This document shows, piece after piece, positions 1 through 9,062 of a DNA stretch of 45,991 nt (positions within the stretch are counted from its first letter, which is position 1; every line of letters begins with the position of its first letter). The notes under the pieces are model-generated. The model saw only the letters and a program-made list of their open reading frames with translations, was not told the DNA's origin and did not search any database. The DNA comes from Elusimicrobiota bacterium (GTDB lineage: Bacteria > Elusimicrobiota > Elusimicrobia > UBA1565). Position numbers and translations under genes: made by a program. Where the stretch lies: assembly GCA_043819795.1 (NCBI GenBank), contig JBDREN010000171.1:1-45991 (forward strand), read 5' to 3'.

Positions 1-113
1 GGCGGGGGCTCTTCCTCGGGCGGAGGCTCTTCCTCGGGCGGGGGCTCTTCCTCGGGCGGGGGCTCTTCCTCGGGCGGAGGCTCTTCCTCGGGCGGAGGCT
101 CTTCCTCGGGCGG
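1..113. repeat. 18-bp tandem repeat GGCGG(A/G)GGCTCTTCCTCG, 6 full copies visible plus a partial copy
   Basis: Copies start at 1, 19, 37, 55, 73 and 91. The only variable position is a synonymous Pro wobble on the minus strand. The array probably continues left of the window. Confidence 0.95.
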
Positions 114-245
114 CAACTGCGCGTACAGCTGCCCGCTCAGAGAGTCACCGAACGATCCCGCGCTCAGCGCGAAGGCTGGAGTGACAACGGACCAAAACCA
201 AAGAGAAAATCCGACCACTCCAACGTTCCATTTGTTAATGGTCAT
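1..245 (-). CDS. Secreted protein, 5' part only (runs off the window edge), with a Pro/Glu tandem repeat
   Basis: Not in the ORF track; translated by hand. ATG at 245-243 follows the SD-like GGGAGGGG. Reads MTINKWNVGVVGFSLWFWSVVTPAFA|LSAGSFGDSLSGQLYAQL then (PPEEEP)n, open to position 1. The N-terminus looks like a signal peptide with an AFA cleavage site. Confidence 0.75.
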   Translation of the reverse strand, partial: MTINKWNVGVVGFSLWFWSVVTPAFALSAGSFGDSLSGQLYAQLPPEEEPPPEEEPPPEEEPPPEEEPPPEEEPPPEEEPP

Positions 246-370
246 AACCCCTCCCGCCGGCGCACGACGGACCATCACTCTCACTTTAACCCCGCCGCCG
301 CGGCAATTCAATATCCGAAGAGTAAATGTTTTGTAAAGATTTTCGACACAATCCGTCACCAGTCGCCCGG

Positions 371-399
371 TTGACGCCCTGTCGCAGCTCTGCCATAAT
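371..399 (+). promoter_or_regulatory. Sigma70-type promoter for the aldo/keto reductase fragment
   Basis: TTGACG (371-376), 17-nt spacer, CATAAT (394-399) with an extended-10 TG. SD AGGAGG at 423-428. Confidence 0.6.
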
Positions 400-432
400 C
401 AGGCGGGACACGCAAACGCCACAGGAGGACCG

Positions 433-687
433 ATGCAATACGCGAACCTGGGCAAGACCGGCCTCGTCGTCTCAAGGCTCTCGTTCGGCGCCATGACCTT
501 CGGACAAGGGGAGATGGTGCCCGGCGTCAAGAGCGACGTGGACCAGCAGCACGCGGACCGGATGGTGGGCACGGCCATCGACGGCGGCGTCAACCTCTTC
601 GACACCGCGGATTTATATCACCGGGGAGAGTCCGAGTCCATGCTCGGCAAGGCCCTGCGCGGCAAGCGCGAGAACGTCATCATCTAG
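433..687 (+). pseudogene. Truncated aldo/keto reductase (first 84 aa only)
   Basis: Typical AKR N-terminus MQYANLGKTGLVVSRLSFGAMTFG and the DTADLY motif. It stops just before the catalytic Lys of the usual VIIATK motif. Full-length AKRs are about 330 aa. Confidence 0.85.
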
Positions 688-693
688 CGGCCG

Positions 694-2805
694 CTACTCG
701 CGGTCGTCGTCCGTCCGGCCCTTGCGCCAGGGGAACCACTCGCGCGGCCAATCCTTCTTCTCGGCCCGCCGGACGACCGGGTGGTCGGTGCGGAGCTCGA
801 GGCGCAGCAGGACCTCTTTTACGCCGCCGGGGCGGAAGCGCACCAGCGCCCGCGTATGGAAGTCGTGGAAGTCGCGGGTCATGGAAAGCTCCTTCTCGAA
901 TACCTGGAACCCCCGCAGATCGAAGCCTCCGGGCGTGCGCGCGAGCTGCCGCAGCGCGCCGGCGACCCCCCAGGCGGAGCCCCGCGGAGCCCACCCGAGC
1001 TCGAGGGCGGACAGGTATTGGCCGGCCCGGTCGAGCGTGTGCGTCACACCGAAGCCCGCGAACGTCCCCCCGCGCTCGCCCCAATCGGTCTGAAACAGGA
1101 ACGCGCGGTTCCCCTCCTCGAGCTGATACTCGTCGCGCAGCGAGATCTGGAGCTCCCGCCTCGGGATGAACATCAGGTCCGCCGTGACCGGCCGCACCCG
1201 GCGGCGAAAGCCGACCGTGCGGGTGCGGAACGTCCGGAAGTCGTATCCCGTGCCGACGCGGAAGAGCACGCGGCGGCTGGGCCTGAGCGTGTTCTGGAGA
1301 GAGACCAGGTTGCTCTCGATCCCGTAGTCGGGCGCTCCGACGTCCTCCCGGACCGTCCCCGGCTTGAACCGCCTTTCGAAGGCGTAGCCGACGTCCCAGT
1401 CCCCGAGCGGCGTGTCGACGCGCAGGTTCGTCCCGAGATCGTAGAACCCGGTGAACGCGTCGCGGAGCGTGTCCGTGGACCCGGAGCTGGTCATGGCCTC
1501 GCGCTTGTCCTCGTACACCTCGCGGAAGCCGGCGCGCGGCGTCAGGCTCAGGCCGGGCTTGAGGTTCAGGGTCTGGGTGGCCTGGAACCCCGTGCCGACC
1601 GAGCGCTGCTGGAAGCCCCGGTCCCGCTCGAAGCTGTTGTCGGCGAAGGCGTTGAGGGTCACCAGGGCCGGAAGGCGCCGCCAGGCCAGCGGCGCGGTCC
1701 GGAAGTCCACGCGCGGAAGGCTCTCCTTGGTCCGGATGAAGCGGTTCCCGGACGGGTCGCGCGCGTCGAGACGCGAATAGGCGATCCGCGTCATCGTCTG
1801 AGCCGTCCGCCGCACCAGGGCCGCCCCGTTGACGAGCTCCGCGGTCACGCGGAACGCGTTGGAACGTATATAGTGGTTGTTGACCTCCGGGTCGCTCTGG
1901 GCCTGCAGCCTCCCCTGCACGGCGAAGCTCGACCCGATCGCCTGGTAATGGCTCCCGAGCACGGTCCACCGGTCCAGGCCCGATCGCTTCTCGCGTATCC
2001 GGTACCCGTAGAGCGCCCCGCGCTCGTCCTCGGAGGGCCGATAGCCGAGCTCCGAGCCGACGGCCGGGCCCTGGGCCCCGTAGTAGTCCAGGAAGAGCTT
2101 GCCGAACAGCGACCGGGTGAGGTTGAACTGCGTGTTCGTCCGCACCGAGGCGCCGTTGCGCCGGTCATAGCCGGGGGTCATGCGCGTCCGGATGAGCTTG
2201 CGGGCCCTCAAGGATTTCCACAAAAACGGCGTGTAGAAGAGGGGCGCCTTGCCCACGTGGAAGCGGACGTTGGTCGCGTAGATCCACTTATGCGGCTTGA
2301 CGTGCACGCCGCTGGCCCGGAAATAATAATGGGGCGGCGAGGCGTCGCAGCTGGTGAATACGGCCTTGCGGAAGTGGCCCTTCCGCTGGGCGTCGAGGGA
2401 GCCCTCGCGTCCCCAGATCCTCCACGGAGGATACTCCGCCCGGACGTCCTCCACGCTCCCGCTGTGGTCGCCGAGATCGAAGGTGCCGCTCTCCCCGCGC
2501 AGGACGGTCAGCCCGTCGTCGAGCTCGAAGCCGCCCTTGGCGCGGCCGCGCCGCGTCGTCATGTCGAGGCGGAGCTCGCCGGCCCTCAGGGTCCAGGTGG
2601 ACTCCTTGAGCTCCACGTCGCCGCGCAGAAGGATCCGCGCGTCGGCCCCCGTGGTGCTGCCTTCGTACTCGAAATAGTCCGCCGTGTAGACGGCGGGCGA
2701 CGAGACGGGGGCATCGGGCAGGGCGAACGGAAGCTGCTCCTGCGCCGCGGCGGAGAGGGGCAGAAGCCAGAGCAGCAGGCGGAGGATCAGTCGGTTACTG
2801 GCCAC
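694..2805 (-). CDS. lptD: LPS-assembly protein LptD-like outer membrane protein
   Basis: Signal peptide, an OstA-like N-terminal region (YTADYFEY...LRGDVEL), FTSCD..PPHY and PLFYTPF motifs, then alternating beta-strand-like segments. Confidence 0.75.
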   Translation of the reverse strand: MASNRLILRLLLWLLPLSAAAQEQLPFALPDAPVSSPAVYTADYFEYEGSTTGADARILLRGDVELKESTWTLRAGELRLDMTTRRGRAKGGFELDDGLTVLRGESGTFDLGDHSGSVEDVRAEYPPWRIWGREGSLDAQRKGHFRKAVFTSCDASPPHYYFRASGVHVKPHKWIYATNVRFHVGKAPLFYTPFLWKSLRARKLIRTRMTPGYDRRNGASVRTNTQFNLTRSLFGKLFLDYYGAQGPAVGSELGYRPSEDERGALYGYRIREKRSGLDRWTVLGSHYQAIGSSFAVQGRLQAQSDPEVNNHYIRSNAFRVTAELVNGAALVRRTAQTMTRIAYSRLDARDPSGNRFIRTKESLPRVDFRTAPLAWRRLPALVTLNAFADNSFERDRGFQQRSVGTGFQATQTLNLKPGLSLTPRAGFREVYEDKREAMTSSGSTDTLRDAFTGFYDLGTNLRVDTPLGDWDVGYAFERRFKPGTVREDVGAPDYGIESNLVSLQNTLRPSRRVLFRVGTGYDFRTFRTRTVGFRRRVRPVTADLMFIPRRELQISLRDEYQLEEGNRAFLFQTDWGERGGTFAGFGVTHTLDRAGQYLSALELGWAPRGSAWGVAGALRQLARTPGGFDLRGFQVFEKELSMTRDFHDFHTRALVRFRPGGVKEVLLRLELRTDHPVVRRAEKKDWPREWFPWRKGRTDDDRE

Positions 2806-3748
2806 CTTCTTCGAGCGAGTAAAGCGCCGCGCCGAGCGACCCCAACCGCCGGCGCCGCGCCGAACGGAGGCGCACGTGCCCGAACGGAGCCCTGAAGCTC
2901 TCGGCGCGCAGCGCCTGCCTCACGGGATCCAGGAAGAGGTCCCCGGCGCGGGAGACGCCGCCGGTGAAGACGACCGCGTCCGGATTGAACAGGTAGACGA
3001 GATTGACCACCCCCACGCCGAGCGCCCGGCCCACGCGGCGCCAGACCTCGCGGGCGAGCGGGTCCCCGCGGCGGGCAGCCTCGGACGCGCGCTCGGGAAA
3101 GCGCCCCGCGCCCGGCTCGCGCAGCGGACTCCGGGCATGCGGCCGCTCCCGGAGCAGCTGTTTCACGGTGCGGCGGATGCCGTAGCTTCCGGCGTGGGCC
3201 TCGAGGCAGCCGCGCGCGCCGCAGGCGCACGGAAATCCGTCGCCGGTCACCCGCATGTGGCCGATCTCTCCGGCCGAGCCCGTGGGCCCCGCGTAGAGCC
3301 TTCCGTCGAGGACCAGCCCGCCCCCGATGCCCGTCCCCATCGTGATCGCCACGACGTTCGGACACCGGCGCTTGAGCTCGAGGGCGTAGCAGCCCCACGC
3401 GGCCATGTTCGCGTCGTTGTGCATCGTGACCGGCCGCTCCAGCGCGGCGGCCATGGCCTTGCGCAGCGTATACCCCTCGAACGGCGCGAGGTTGGGGGAG
3501 CGCCGCAGGACCCCGCGCTCGGAGTCCACGTCCCCCGCGACCGCCAAGCCGGCCGCGCCCCCTCGCCCGGTATCCCGCTCGAGCGCATGGACGGCGGCCG
3601 CCACCCGGCGGATGAAGGGTCGCGGGCCGCGCTCCCGCTCGGTGGGCACGCTGTCCTCTCCCAGTACCTTTCCCGACTCCGAGACGGCGATCAGCTTCGT
3701 GAACGTGCCGCCGGCGTCGATCCCGATCCCGATACGCTCGCGCTTCAT
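2795..3748 (-). CDS. ROK family sugar kinase (glucokinase-like)
   Basis: Motifs GIDAGGT, NDAN, GTGIGGG, GEIGH and CACGARGCLE. Start placed at the ATG (3748) overlapping the folC TGA. Confidence 0.9.
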   Translation of the reverse strand: MKRERIGIGIDAGGTFTKLIAVSESGKVLGEDSVPTERERGPRPFIRRVAAAVHALERDTGRGGAAGLAVAGDVDSERGVLRRSPNLAPFEGYTLRKAMAAALERPVTMHNDANMAAWGCYALELKRRCPNVVAITMGTGIGGGLVLDGRLYAGPTGSAGEIGHMRVTGDGFPCACGARGCLEAHAGSYGIRRTVKQLLRERPHARSPLREPGAGRFPERASEAARRGDPLAREVWRRVGRALGVGVVNLVYLFNPDAVVFTGGVSRAGDLFLDPVRQALRAESFRAPFGHVRLRSARRRRLGSLGAALYSLEEGGQ

Positions 3749-5037
3749 GCCGGCACGCACCGCATAGAGCCCAATATCCCGCCCAGCAGATAGAAGGACC
3801 CGCAGACGACGCCCGCGGAGGCGGCCGAACGCTCCCAAGCCCGCCACGCGGCCTCCGGGTCCGGCTCCACCGCGACATCCTGGCAGCCCGCCGCCCTCAA
3901 AGCGCGCGCGAGATCATCCGCCTTCAGGGCGCGGGGCGACGGCGGCTGAGTAGCCACCACGTGACGGGCGAAAGGAGCCAGCATCCTCGCGATCTCCGCG
4001 TACCCCTTGTCGCGCAGCAGCCCGACGATGAATACCGTCTCTTGCCGGCTCCACGGAGAGCCGCTCCAGGTGGAAAGGAAAGCCTCCATCGCCGCCGGGT
4101 TGTGCGCGCCGTCGAGCACCACCGCACGCCCGGGATATCCCTCCTTTGGGGCGGGGATCCTCACGACCTCGAAGCGGCAAGGCCAGCGCACTTCGGAAAA
4201 ACCGCGGGCCACGGCCTCCTCGGGGATACGCAATCCCTGCGCGCGCAGCTCCGCGACGGCCGCAAGCGCCAGCGAGGCGTTGCGGGCCGCCGCCTCTCCC
4301 AGAAGCCGCAGGGATAAGCGCCGCCCCTCCGGGGTCTCGAGCTCCTGGACGCCCTCCTCCCAACGCGCCGCGACCGTCCTCAGCCCCGGCCGGGGTTCGA
4401 TCATCCGAGCGCCCGACGCGCGGACCCGCTCGCGGATCACGGCCAGCGCCTCGGGAGCGATCCCGCCGCAGAGGCAGGGGACGCCCCGCTTCACGATTCC
4501 CGCCTTCTCCCCGGCTATCGCCGCCAGCGTGTGTCCCAGATGGCTGGCATGATCGATCGCGATGGAGGTGATCACGCTCAGAAGCGGCCTTTTCAGCACG
4601 TTCGTGGCGTCGAGCCGCCCCCCGAGCCCGACCTCGATGACCGCGACGTCCACCTTCCTCTCGCGGAAGCAAAGGAAGGCCGCCGCTGTGACCAGCTCGA
4701 AATAGCTCGCGCGCTCGGGCTCGGCCGCGCGCGCTCGGGCGATCAGGCGGCCGAATTCGCCGGGAGGGACCGCCTCCCCGTCCACGCGGATCCGCTCGAG
4801 CGGCTCGCGGAGGTGCGGCGAGGTGAACAGCCCGACGCGCAGGCCGGCCGCGCGCAGGACCTCGGCAAGAAGCGCCGCGAAGGTCCCCTTCCCGTTCGTC
4901 CCGGCGACATGCACGCAGGCCAGGCCGTCCTGGGGGTCCCCGAGAGCGGCGAGCAGCCCCTGGATGCGGCTCAGGCCCAGCTTCCAGCGGGTCTCCTGGC
5001 GCTCTTCGAGAAAGCGGAGGGCCTCCCGATATGTCAT
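3745..5037 (-). CDS. folC: Bifunctional folylpolyglutamate synthase/dihydrofolate synthase
   Basis: Motifs HVAGTNGKG, FTSPHL, EVGLGGRLDATN, LDGAHNP and CGSFYL. Real start is MTYREAL at 5037; the longer ORF-track N-terminus is translated repeat DNA. Confidence 0.95.
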   Translation of the reverse strand: MTYREALRFLEERQETRWKLGLSRIQGLLAALGDPQDGLACVHVAGTNGKGTFAALLAEVLRAAGLRVGLFTSPHLREPLERIRVDGEAVPPGEFGRLIARARAAEPERASYFELVTAAAFLCFRERKVDVAVIEVGLGGRLDATNVLKRPLLSVITSIAIDHASHLGHTLAAIAGEKAGIVKRGVPCLCGGIAPEALAVIRERVRASGARMIEPRPGLRTVAARWEEGVQELETPEGRRLSLRLLGEAAARNASLALAAVAELRAQGLRIPEEAVARGFSEVRWPCRFEVVRIPAPKEGYPGRAVVLDGAHNPAAMEAFLSTWSGSPWSRQETVFIVGLLRDKGYAEIARMLAPFARHVVATQPPSPRALKADDLARALRAAGCQDVAVEPDPEAAWRAWERSAASAGVVCGSFYLLGGILGSMRCVPA

Positions 5038-5308
5038 GGTCGCTCCCCAACGGACTCGGCCGCCCTCACGACCTCGGAGGCGGCACTTCCTCGGGATAAC
5101 CCTCGGTCGGCCGCCCTCACGACCTCGGAGGCGGCACTTCCTCGGGATAACCCTCGGTCGGATGCGACCATTCCTGTGACCGAAGCGTTTGCGGCCAAAC
5201 GCGAGGGAATGGTTGAGGCACACAGCCGAAACCACGCAAGATGCTCGGTCATGGTCGCTCCCCAACGGACTCGGATGCGACCATTCCCTGCGCAAGATGC
5301 TCGGTCAT
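5034..5308 (-). repeat. Composite repeat region: two related cassettes (56 bp and 215 bp) bounded by ATGAC, each a mini-ORF (19 aa at 5249-5308; 72 aa at 5034-5252)
   Basis: Both share ATGACCGAGCATCTTGCG, GGAATGGTCGCATCCGA and GTCCGTTGGGGAGCGACC. The longer one also carries a 58-nt hairpin segment (5177-5234) and two identical 51-bp tandem units (5056-5106, 5107-5157). Confidence 0.9.
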
Positions 5309-6558
5309 GCTTTGGCGCGGCGGACGCGGGCGCCGAGCCGGCGCAGCGTCCGCTCCAGCCGCTCGTAGCCCCGGTCGATGTGGTAGACGCGCTGGACCTC
5401 GGTCGCCCCGCGGGCGGCCAGCCCGGCGACGACGAGCGCCGCGCCCCCCCGGATATCGGACGCCATGATCTCGGCTGCCTCGATCGACGGGACGCCGGCC
5501 ACGACCGCCGTGTCGCCGTGGACCGAGATGCGCGCCCCCATGCGGCACAGCTCGGCCGCGTGCAGGAAACGCCTCTCGAACACCGCCTCATGGATCCGGC
5601 ATCTGCCGCGACAGCGCGTCATGTAGGCCATCCACGGGGCCTGAAGATCGGTGGGAAAAGCGGGATGCGGACCGGTCCGGATCGAGACCGCCCGGGGTCG
5701 CCGCGCCGAGACGACGCGCAGCCCGCTGGGCCCGCTCGCGACCCGCGCGCCGCTTTTTCTCAAGGCGGCGATCAGGGCCTTGAGGTGGGACGGATCCGCC
5801 CCCTTCAGCAGGACGTCTCCTCCCGCCGCCGCGCAGGCCAGAAGCAGGGTCCCGGTCTCGATGCGGTCGGACATCACGCGGTGGCTCGCCCCCCCGAGGA
5901 TCGCTGCGCCATGGACCGCGATACGGGAGGAGCCCGCTCCGGAGATCCGGGCGCCCATCTTGCCGAGAAAAGCGGCCAAGTCCCCGATCTCCGGCTCGCG
6001 GGCGGCGTTCTCGATCACCGTGGCCCCGGGCACGCCCGCGGCGGCCATCATGATGTTCTCGGTCGCCCCTACGCTCGGAAAAGTGAGCCGGACGCGGGCG
6101 GGACGGAGCTCGCCGGCCGAAAAGACGACGTTCCCCTCCTCGGTCCGGACCGCCGCGCCCATCGCCTCGAGGCCCTTCACGTGCAGGTCGATCGGCCGGA
6201 GGCCTATGGCGCAGCCTCCCGGAAGAGGGGTCCGGACCTTGCCGAAGCGCGTCAGCAACGGGCCGGCCACGAGCACCGAAGCCCGCATCTGCTTGACGAT
6301 CTCGTAAGGGGCCTGCGTCTTGAGGCGCCGGCCCGCCTCCACGCGGAGACGCTTGCCGCGCACCGTGACCCTCTTGCCGAGGATCTCCAGTAGGCGGATT
6401 GTCGTCCGGATGTCCCGCAGGCGCGGGACATTGTCGATCTCGCAGGGCTCGTCCGTGAGCAATGTGGCGACGAGGATCGGGAGAGCGGCGTTCTTGGCGC
6501 CGTTGACCGTCACGGCGCCGCGCAAGGGCCTGCCCCCCTCGATGACGAACTTATCCAC
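5305..6558 (-). CDS. murA: UDP-N-acetylglucosamine 1-carboxyvinyltransferase
   Basis: Motifs GAKNAALP, LPGGCAIGLRPIDLH (catalytic Cys), SVGATEN, FPTDLQ and HIDRGYE. GTG start, with an extended -10 TGATAGAAT upstream. Confidence 0.98.
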   Translation of the reverse strand: MDKFVIEGGRPLRGAVTVNGAKNAALPILVATLLTDEPCEIDNVPRLRDIRTTIRLLEILGKRVTVRGKRLRVEAGRRLKTQAPYEIVKQMRASVLVAGPLLTRFGKVRTPLPGGCAIGLRPIDLHVKGLEAMGAAVRTEEGNVVFSAGELRPARVRLTFPSVGATENIMMAAAGVPGATVIENAAREPEIGDLAAFLGKMGARISGAGSSRIAVHGAAILGGASHRVMSDRIETGTLLLACAAAGGDVLLKGADPSHLKALIAALRKSGARVASGPSGLRVVSARRPRAVSIRTGPHPAFPTDLQAPWMAYMTRCRGRCRIHEAVFERRFLHAAELCRMGARISVHGDTAVVAGVPSIEAAEIMASDIRGGAALVVAGLAARGATEVQRVYHIDRGYERLERTLRRLGARVRRAKA

Positions 6559-6621
6559 TCACCCCCCCGGAAAATCCCGAGAATTCTATCATTTTCCCCG
6601 AACAGGCCGGCCGAGACCGGG

Positions 6622-7527
6622 TTATGAGATATGCTTCGGCGCGGTGGCGCGGAGAGATCCTGCCGCGATCCTTTCGCGCCCGTTGAGATCCCGATGGATC
6701 TCGACGCCCGTGAAGCCCGCCCCCTCCAGGGTCTCGCGGACCCGCTCGGCCTGGCCGTCGCCGAACTCGAGCAGCAGCCAGCCGCCGGGCTTCAGTATCC
6801 GCGGCGCGTCGGCGACGATGGCCCGGATCGCGTCCAGGCCGTCCTCCCCCCCGTCGCGCGCCAGGGCCGGCTCCTTCTGGACCTCGGGATCGAGCCGTGC
6901 TATCTCATCGGAAGGGATGTAGGGCGGGTTCGAGACGACGATATCGGCCCAGGGGGCCGCGGCGGCCTTCGGCTTGAAGAAGTCCTCCCGGAGCAGACGG
7001 ATGCGCCCCTCGACGGAATGCCTGCGGACGTTCTCCTCGGCGAGCCGCATGGCCGGAGCGCTGATCTCGGTCGCGTACAGCACGGCCTCCGCGAGCCTTC
7101 TCGCCAGGGCGATGGCGATGCAGCCCGTGCCCGTGCCGACATCGACGATATGCAGCGGCGCGCCCGCCGGAAAGCGCTCGCGCGCCACGGCCGCCGCGCA
7201 TTCGACCAGCCGTTCCGTCTCGGGCCGCGGGATGAGGACGGAAGGGGAGACCTTGATATCGAGATCGAGGAACGGCTGCGAACCTAGGACGTAGGCGAGA
7301 GGGATGCGGGCCCCCCGCCGCTTGACGAGCTGCCAGAAGTGGTTGTCCTGCTTCCACGTCAGCCTGCGGATCCCCGAGGCCCGGGTCTCGAGCCGCCCGC
7401 AGCCAAGGACCTCCGCCATGATGAACTCGACGTTGGCGGCCGCCTCGGGCACCCCGCGCTGGGAGAGAAGGGCTTCGGCCTTCTCGAGCGACGCGTGGAC
7501 CGTCGGCGCGGGCGGCCGGGACGTCAT
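6622..7527 (-). CDS. prmC: Release factor glutamine methyltransferase
   Basis: Motifs [26 protein letters not shown] and [10 protein letters not shown] 7527 overlaps the prfA TGA. Confidence 0.95.
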   Translation of the reverse strand: MTSRPPAPTVHASLEKAEALLSQRGVPEAAANVEFIMAEVLGCGRLETRASGIRRLTWKQDNHFWQLVKRRGARIPLAYVLGSQPFLDLDIKVSPSVLIPRPETERLVECAAAVARERFPAGAPLHIVDVGTGTGCIAIALARRLAEAVLYATEISAPAMRLAEENVRRHSVEGRIRLLREDFFKPKAAAAPWADIVVSNPPYIPSDEIARLDPEVQKEPALARDGGEDGLDAIRAIVADAPRILKPGGWLLLEFGDGQAERVRETLEGAGFTGVEIHRDLNGRERIAAGSLRATAPKHIS

Positions 7528-8561
7528 GCGCCGGCCGCGCGGCGCAGGGCCTCGAGCACCGGCGCCAACTCCCCGTCCAGGATGAGCGGCAGGTTGTGCC
7601 AGGTCTGCTCCAGGCGGTGGTCGGTGATGCGGTTCTGCGGAAAGTTGTAGGTCCGGATCTTCTCGGAGCGGTCGCCGGTCCCCACCTGTCGGCGGCGGTC
7701 GGCCGACTGCGCGCGCGCGGCCTCTTCCTTGGCCATCTGGCCCAGCTTCGCCCGCAGGACGGACATCGCGCGGGCTCGGTTCTGCCCCTGGGAGCGCTCC
7801 TCCTGGCACGCGACGACGAGGCCGGTGGGGGCGTGCGTGATCCGAACGGCGGTCTCCACCTTGTTGACGTTCTGCCCCCCGGCGCCGCCGGCCCGGTAGG
7901 TGTCGATGCGCAGATCGACCACGTTGATATCGATCTCCCGCTCCTCGACCTCGGCCATCACGGCGACGGTGACGGTCGAGGTGTGGATGCGTCCCGAAGA
8001 CTCGGTCTGGGGCACCCGCTGGACGCGATGCACCCCCCCCTCGTACCTCAACCAGGAGAACACCTCTTTGCCGCGGAGGTGGAGGGTGGCCTGCTTGGCG
8101 CCTTTGAGCCCCGTACGCGAGAACTCGACGAGGTCCGTCTTCCAGCCGCGTCTTTCCGCGAAGCGGGTGTACATTCGCACGAGCTCCGCCGCGAAGAGCG
8201 CCGCCTCTTCCCCTCCGGCGCCGGCGCGGACCTCGAGGTACGCGTCCTTGCCCGCGTCCGGGTCCTTGGGCGTCAGCGCCCGGCGCAACTCTTCCTTGAG
8301 CTCCGCCTTGCGCTCGGAGAGCTCCGCGATCTCCGCGCGGGCCAGCTCGTGGAACTCCTTCTCCGGACCGGCCGAAAGGGCCTCGGCGTCCGCGAGGTCA
8401 CCCTCGACCCGGCGCAGCTCGCGCACGAGGCGCACCAGCGGCGCGAGCTCGGCGTGGCGGCGCGCAAGGTTCTTGATCTCCTCGGAGGAAGGCGGCGTCC
8501 CGGCGCTCAGCACCGCCTCGATCTCGACGAATTCCTTCTCGAGCTTGTCGTGTCGACTCAT
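7524..8561 (-). CDS. prfA: Peptide chain release factor 1
   Basis: Motifs [21 protein letters not shown] (the RF1-type PxT motif), GGQ and [15 protein letters not shown]. Confidence 0.98.
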   Translation of the reverse strand: MSRHDKLEKEFVEIEAVLSAGTPPSSEEIKNLARRHAELAPLVRLVRELRRVEGDLADAEALSAGPEKEFHELARAEIAELSERKAELKEELRRALTPKDPDAGKDAYLEVRAGAGGEEAALFAAELVRMYTRFAERRGWKTDLVEFSRTGLKGAKQATLHLRGKEVFSWLRYEGGVHRVQRVPQTESSGRIHTSTVTVAVMAEVEEREIDINVVDLRIDTYRAGGAGGQNVNKVETAVRITHAPTGLVVACQEERSQGQNRARAMSVLRAKLGQMAKEEAARAQSADRRRQVGTGDRSEKIRTYNFPQNRITDHRLEQTWHNLPLILDGELAPVLEALRRAAGA

Positions 8562-8563
8562 GC

Positions 8564-8598
8564 AATAGAAAGGCCCCGGGCGTGCGCGCGCCGGGGCC
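8564..8598 (-). terminator. Probable intrinsic terminator after rpmE
   Basis: Minus strand reads GGCCCCGG-11 nt-CCGGGGCC followed by TTTCTATT. Confidence 0.55.
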
Positions 8599-8612
8599 CC
8601 TCCGGGAAGCCG

Positions 8613-8972
8613 CTAATCCTCTTTCGCCGGCTTCTTCTTGGCCGGCTTCTTCTCCTTGCTCTCCTGCTTCATGGGCGAGGTGGAAAGCACCTTCTGCTTT
8701 TTCTGCACCGACGCGCCGACGACCTCGACCTTCTTGACCCTCGTCTTCGGCTTGCGGCGGACGGTCTGGCCCGAGGTCTTCGCGAAGCGCTTCTGGAAAC
8801 GCTCGACCCGGCCGGCCGTGTCCACGAGCCTCTGCTTGCCCGTGAAGAACGGGTGGCAGGCGGAGCAGATCTCGAGCCTGATCTCCTTGATTGTCGACCG
8901 CGTATTGAAGGTATTGCCGCAGGCGCAGGTGACCTTCGCGACAAAGTAGTTCGGATGAATGCCTGTTTTCAT
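8613..8972 (-). CDS. rpmE: 50S ribosomal protein L31 (zinc-binding type) with a Lys-rich C-terminal extension
   Basis: Motifs [25 protein letters not shown] and DTAGRVERF. Confidence 0.97.
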   Translation of the reverse strand: MKTGIHPNYFVAKVTCACGNTFNTRSTIKEIRLEICSACHPFFTGKQRLVDTAGRVERFQKRFAKTSGQTVRRKPKTRVKKVEVVGASVQKKQKVLSTSPMKQESKEKKPAKKKPAKED

Positions 8973-9062
8973 AATGATACTTCCAGTAAGCCTGAGATTC
9001 GAAACCTCATTATATATAAATCCGGGACTCCTAGGGGAACATCACCCCCGTGCCCGCGTTCA

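Noticed and set aside
1..113. 18-bp repeats as a CRISPR array
   Set aside because: The units are contiguous with no spacers and encode an in-frame Pro/Glu repeat.
685..696. NotI site as evidence of cloning-vector sequence
   Set aside because: GCGGCCGC is common at this GC content and no other polylinker or vector sequence flanks it. The junction is kept only as a breakpoint finding.
5056..5157. 51-bp and 87-bp (9063-9240) repeats as CRISPR arrays
   Set aside because: Each has only two adjacent copies, no unique spacers, and no cas genes are in the window.
5038..5295. 85-aa N-terminal extension of FolC shown in the ORF track
   Set aside because: It is translated repeat DNA. FolC similarity begins at ATG 5037, which has its own SD-like sequence and ATGA overlap.
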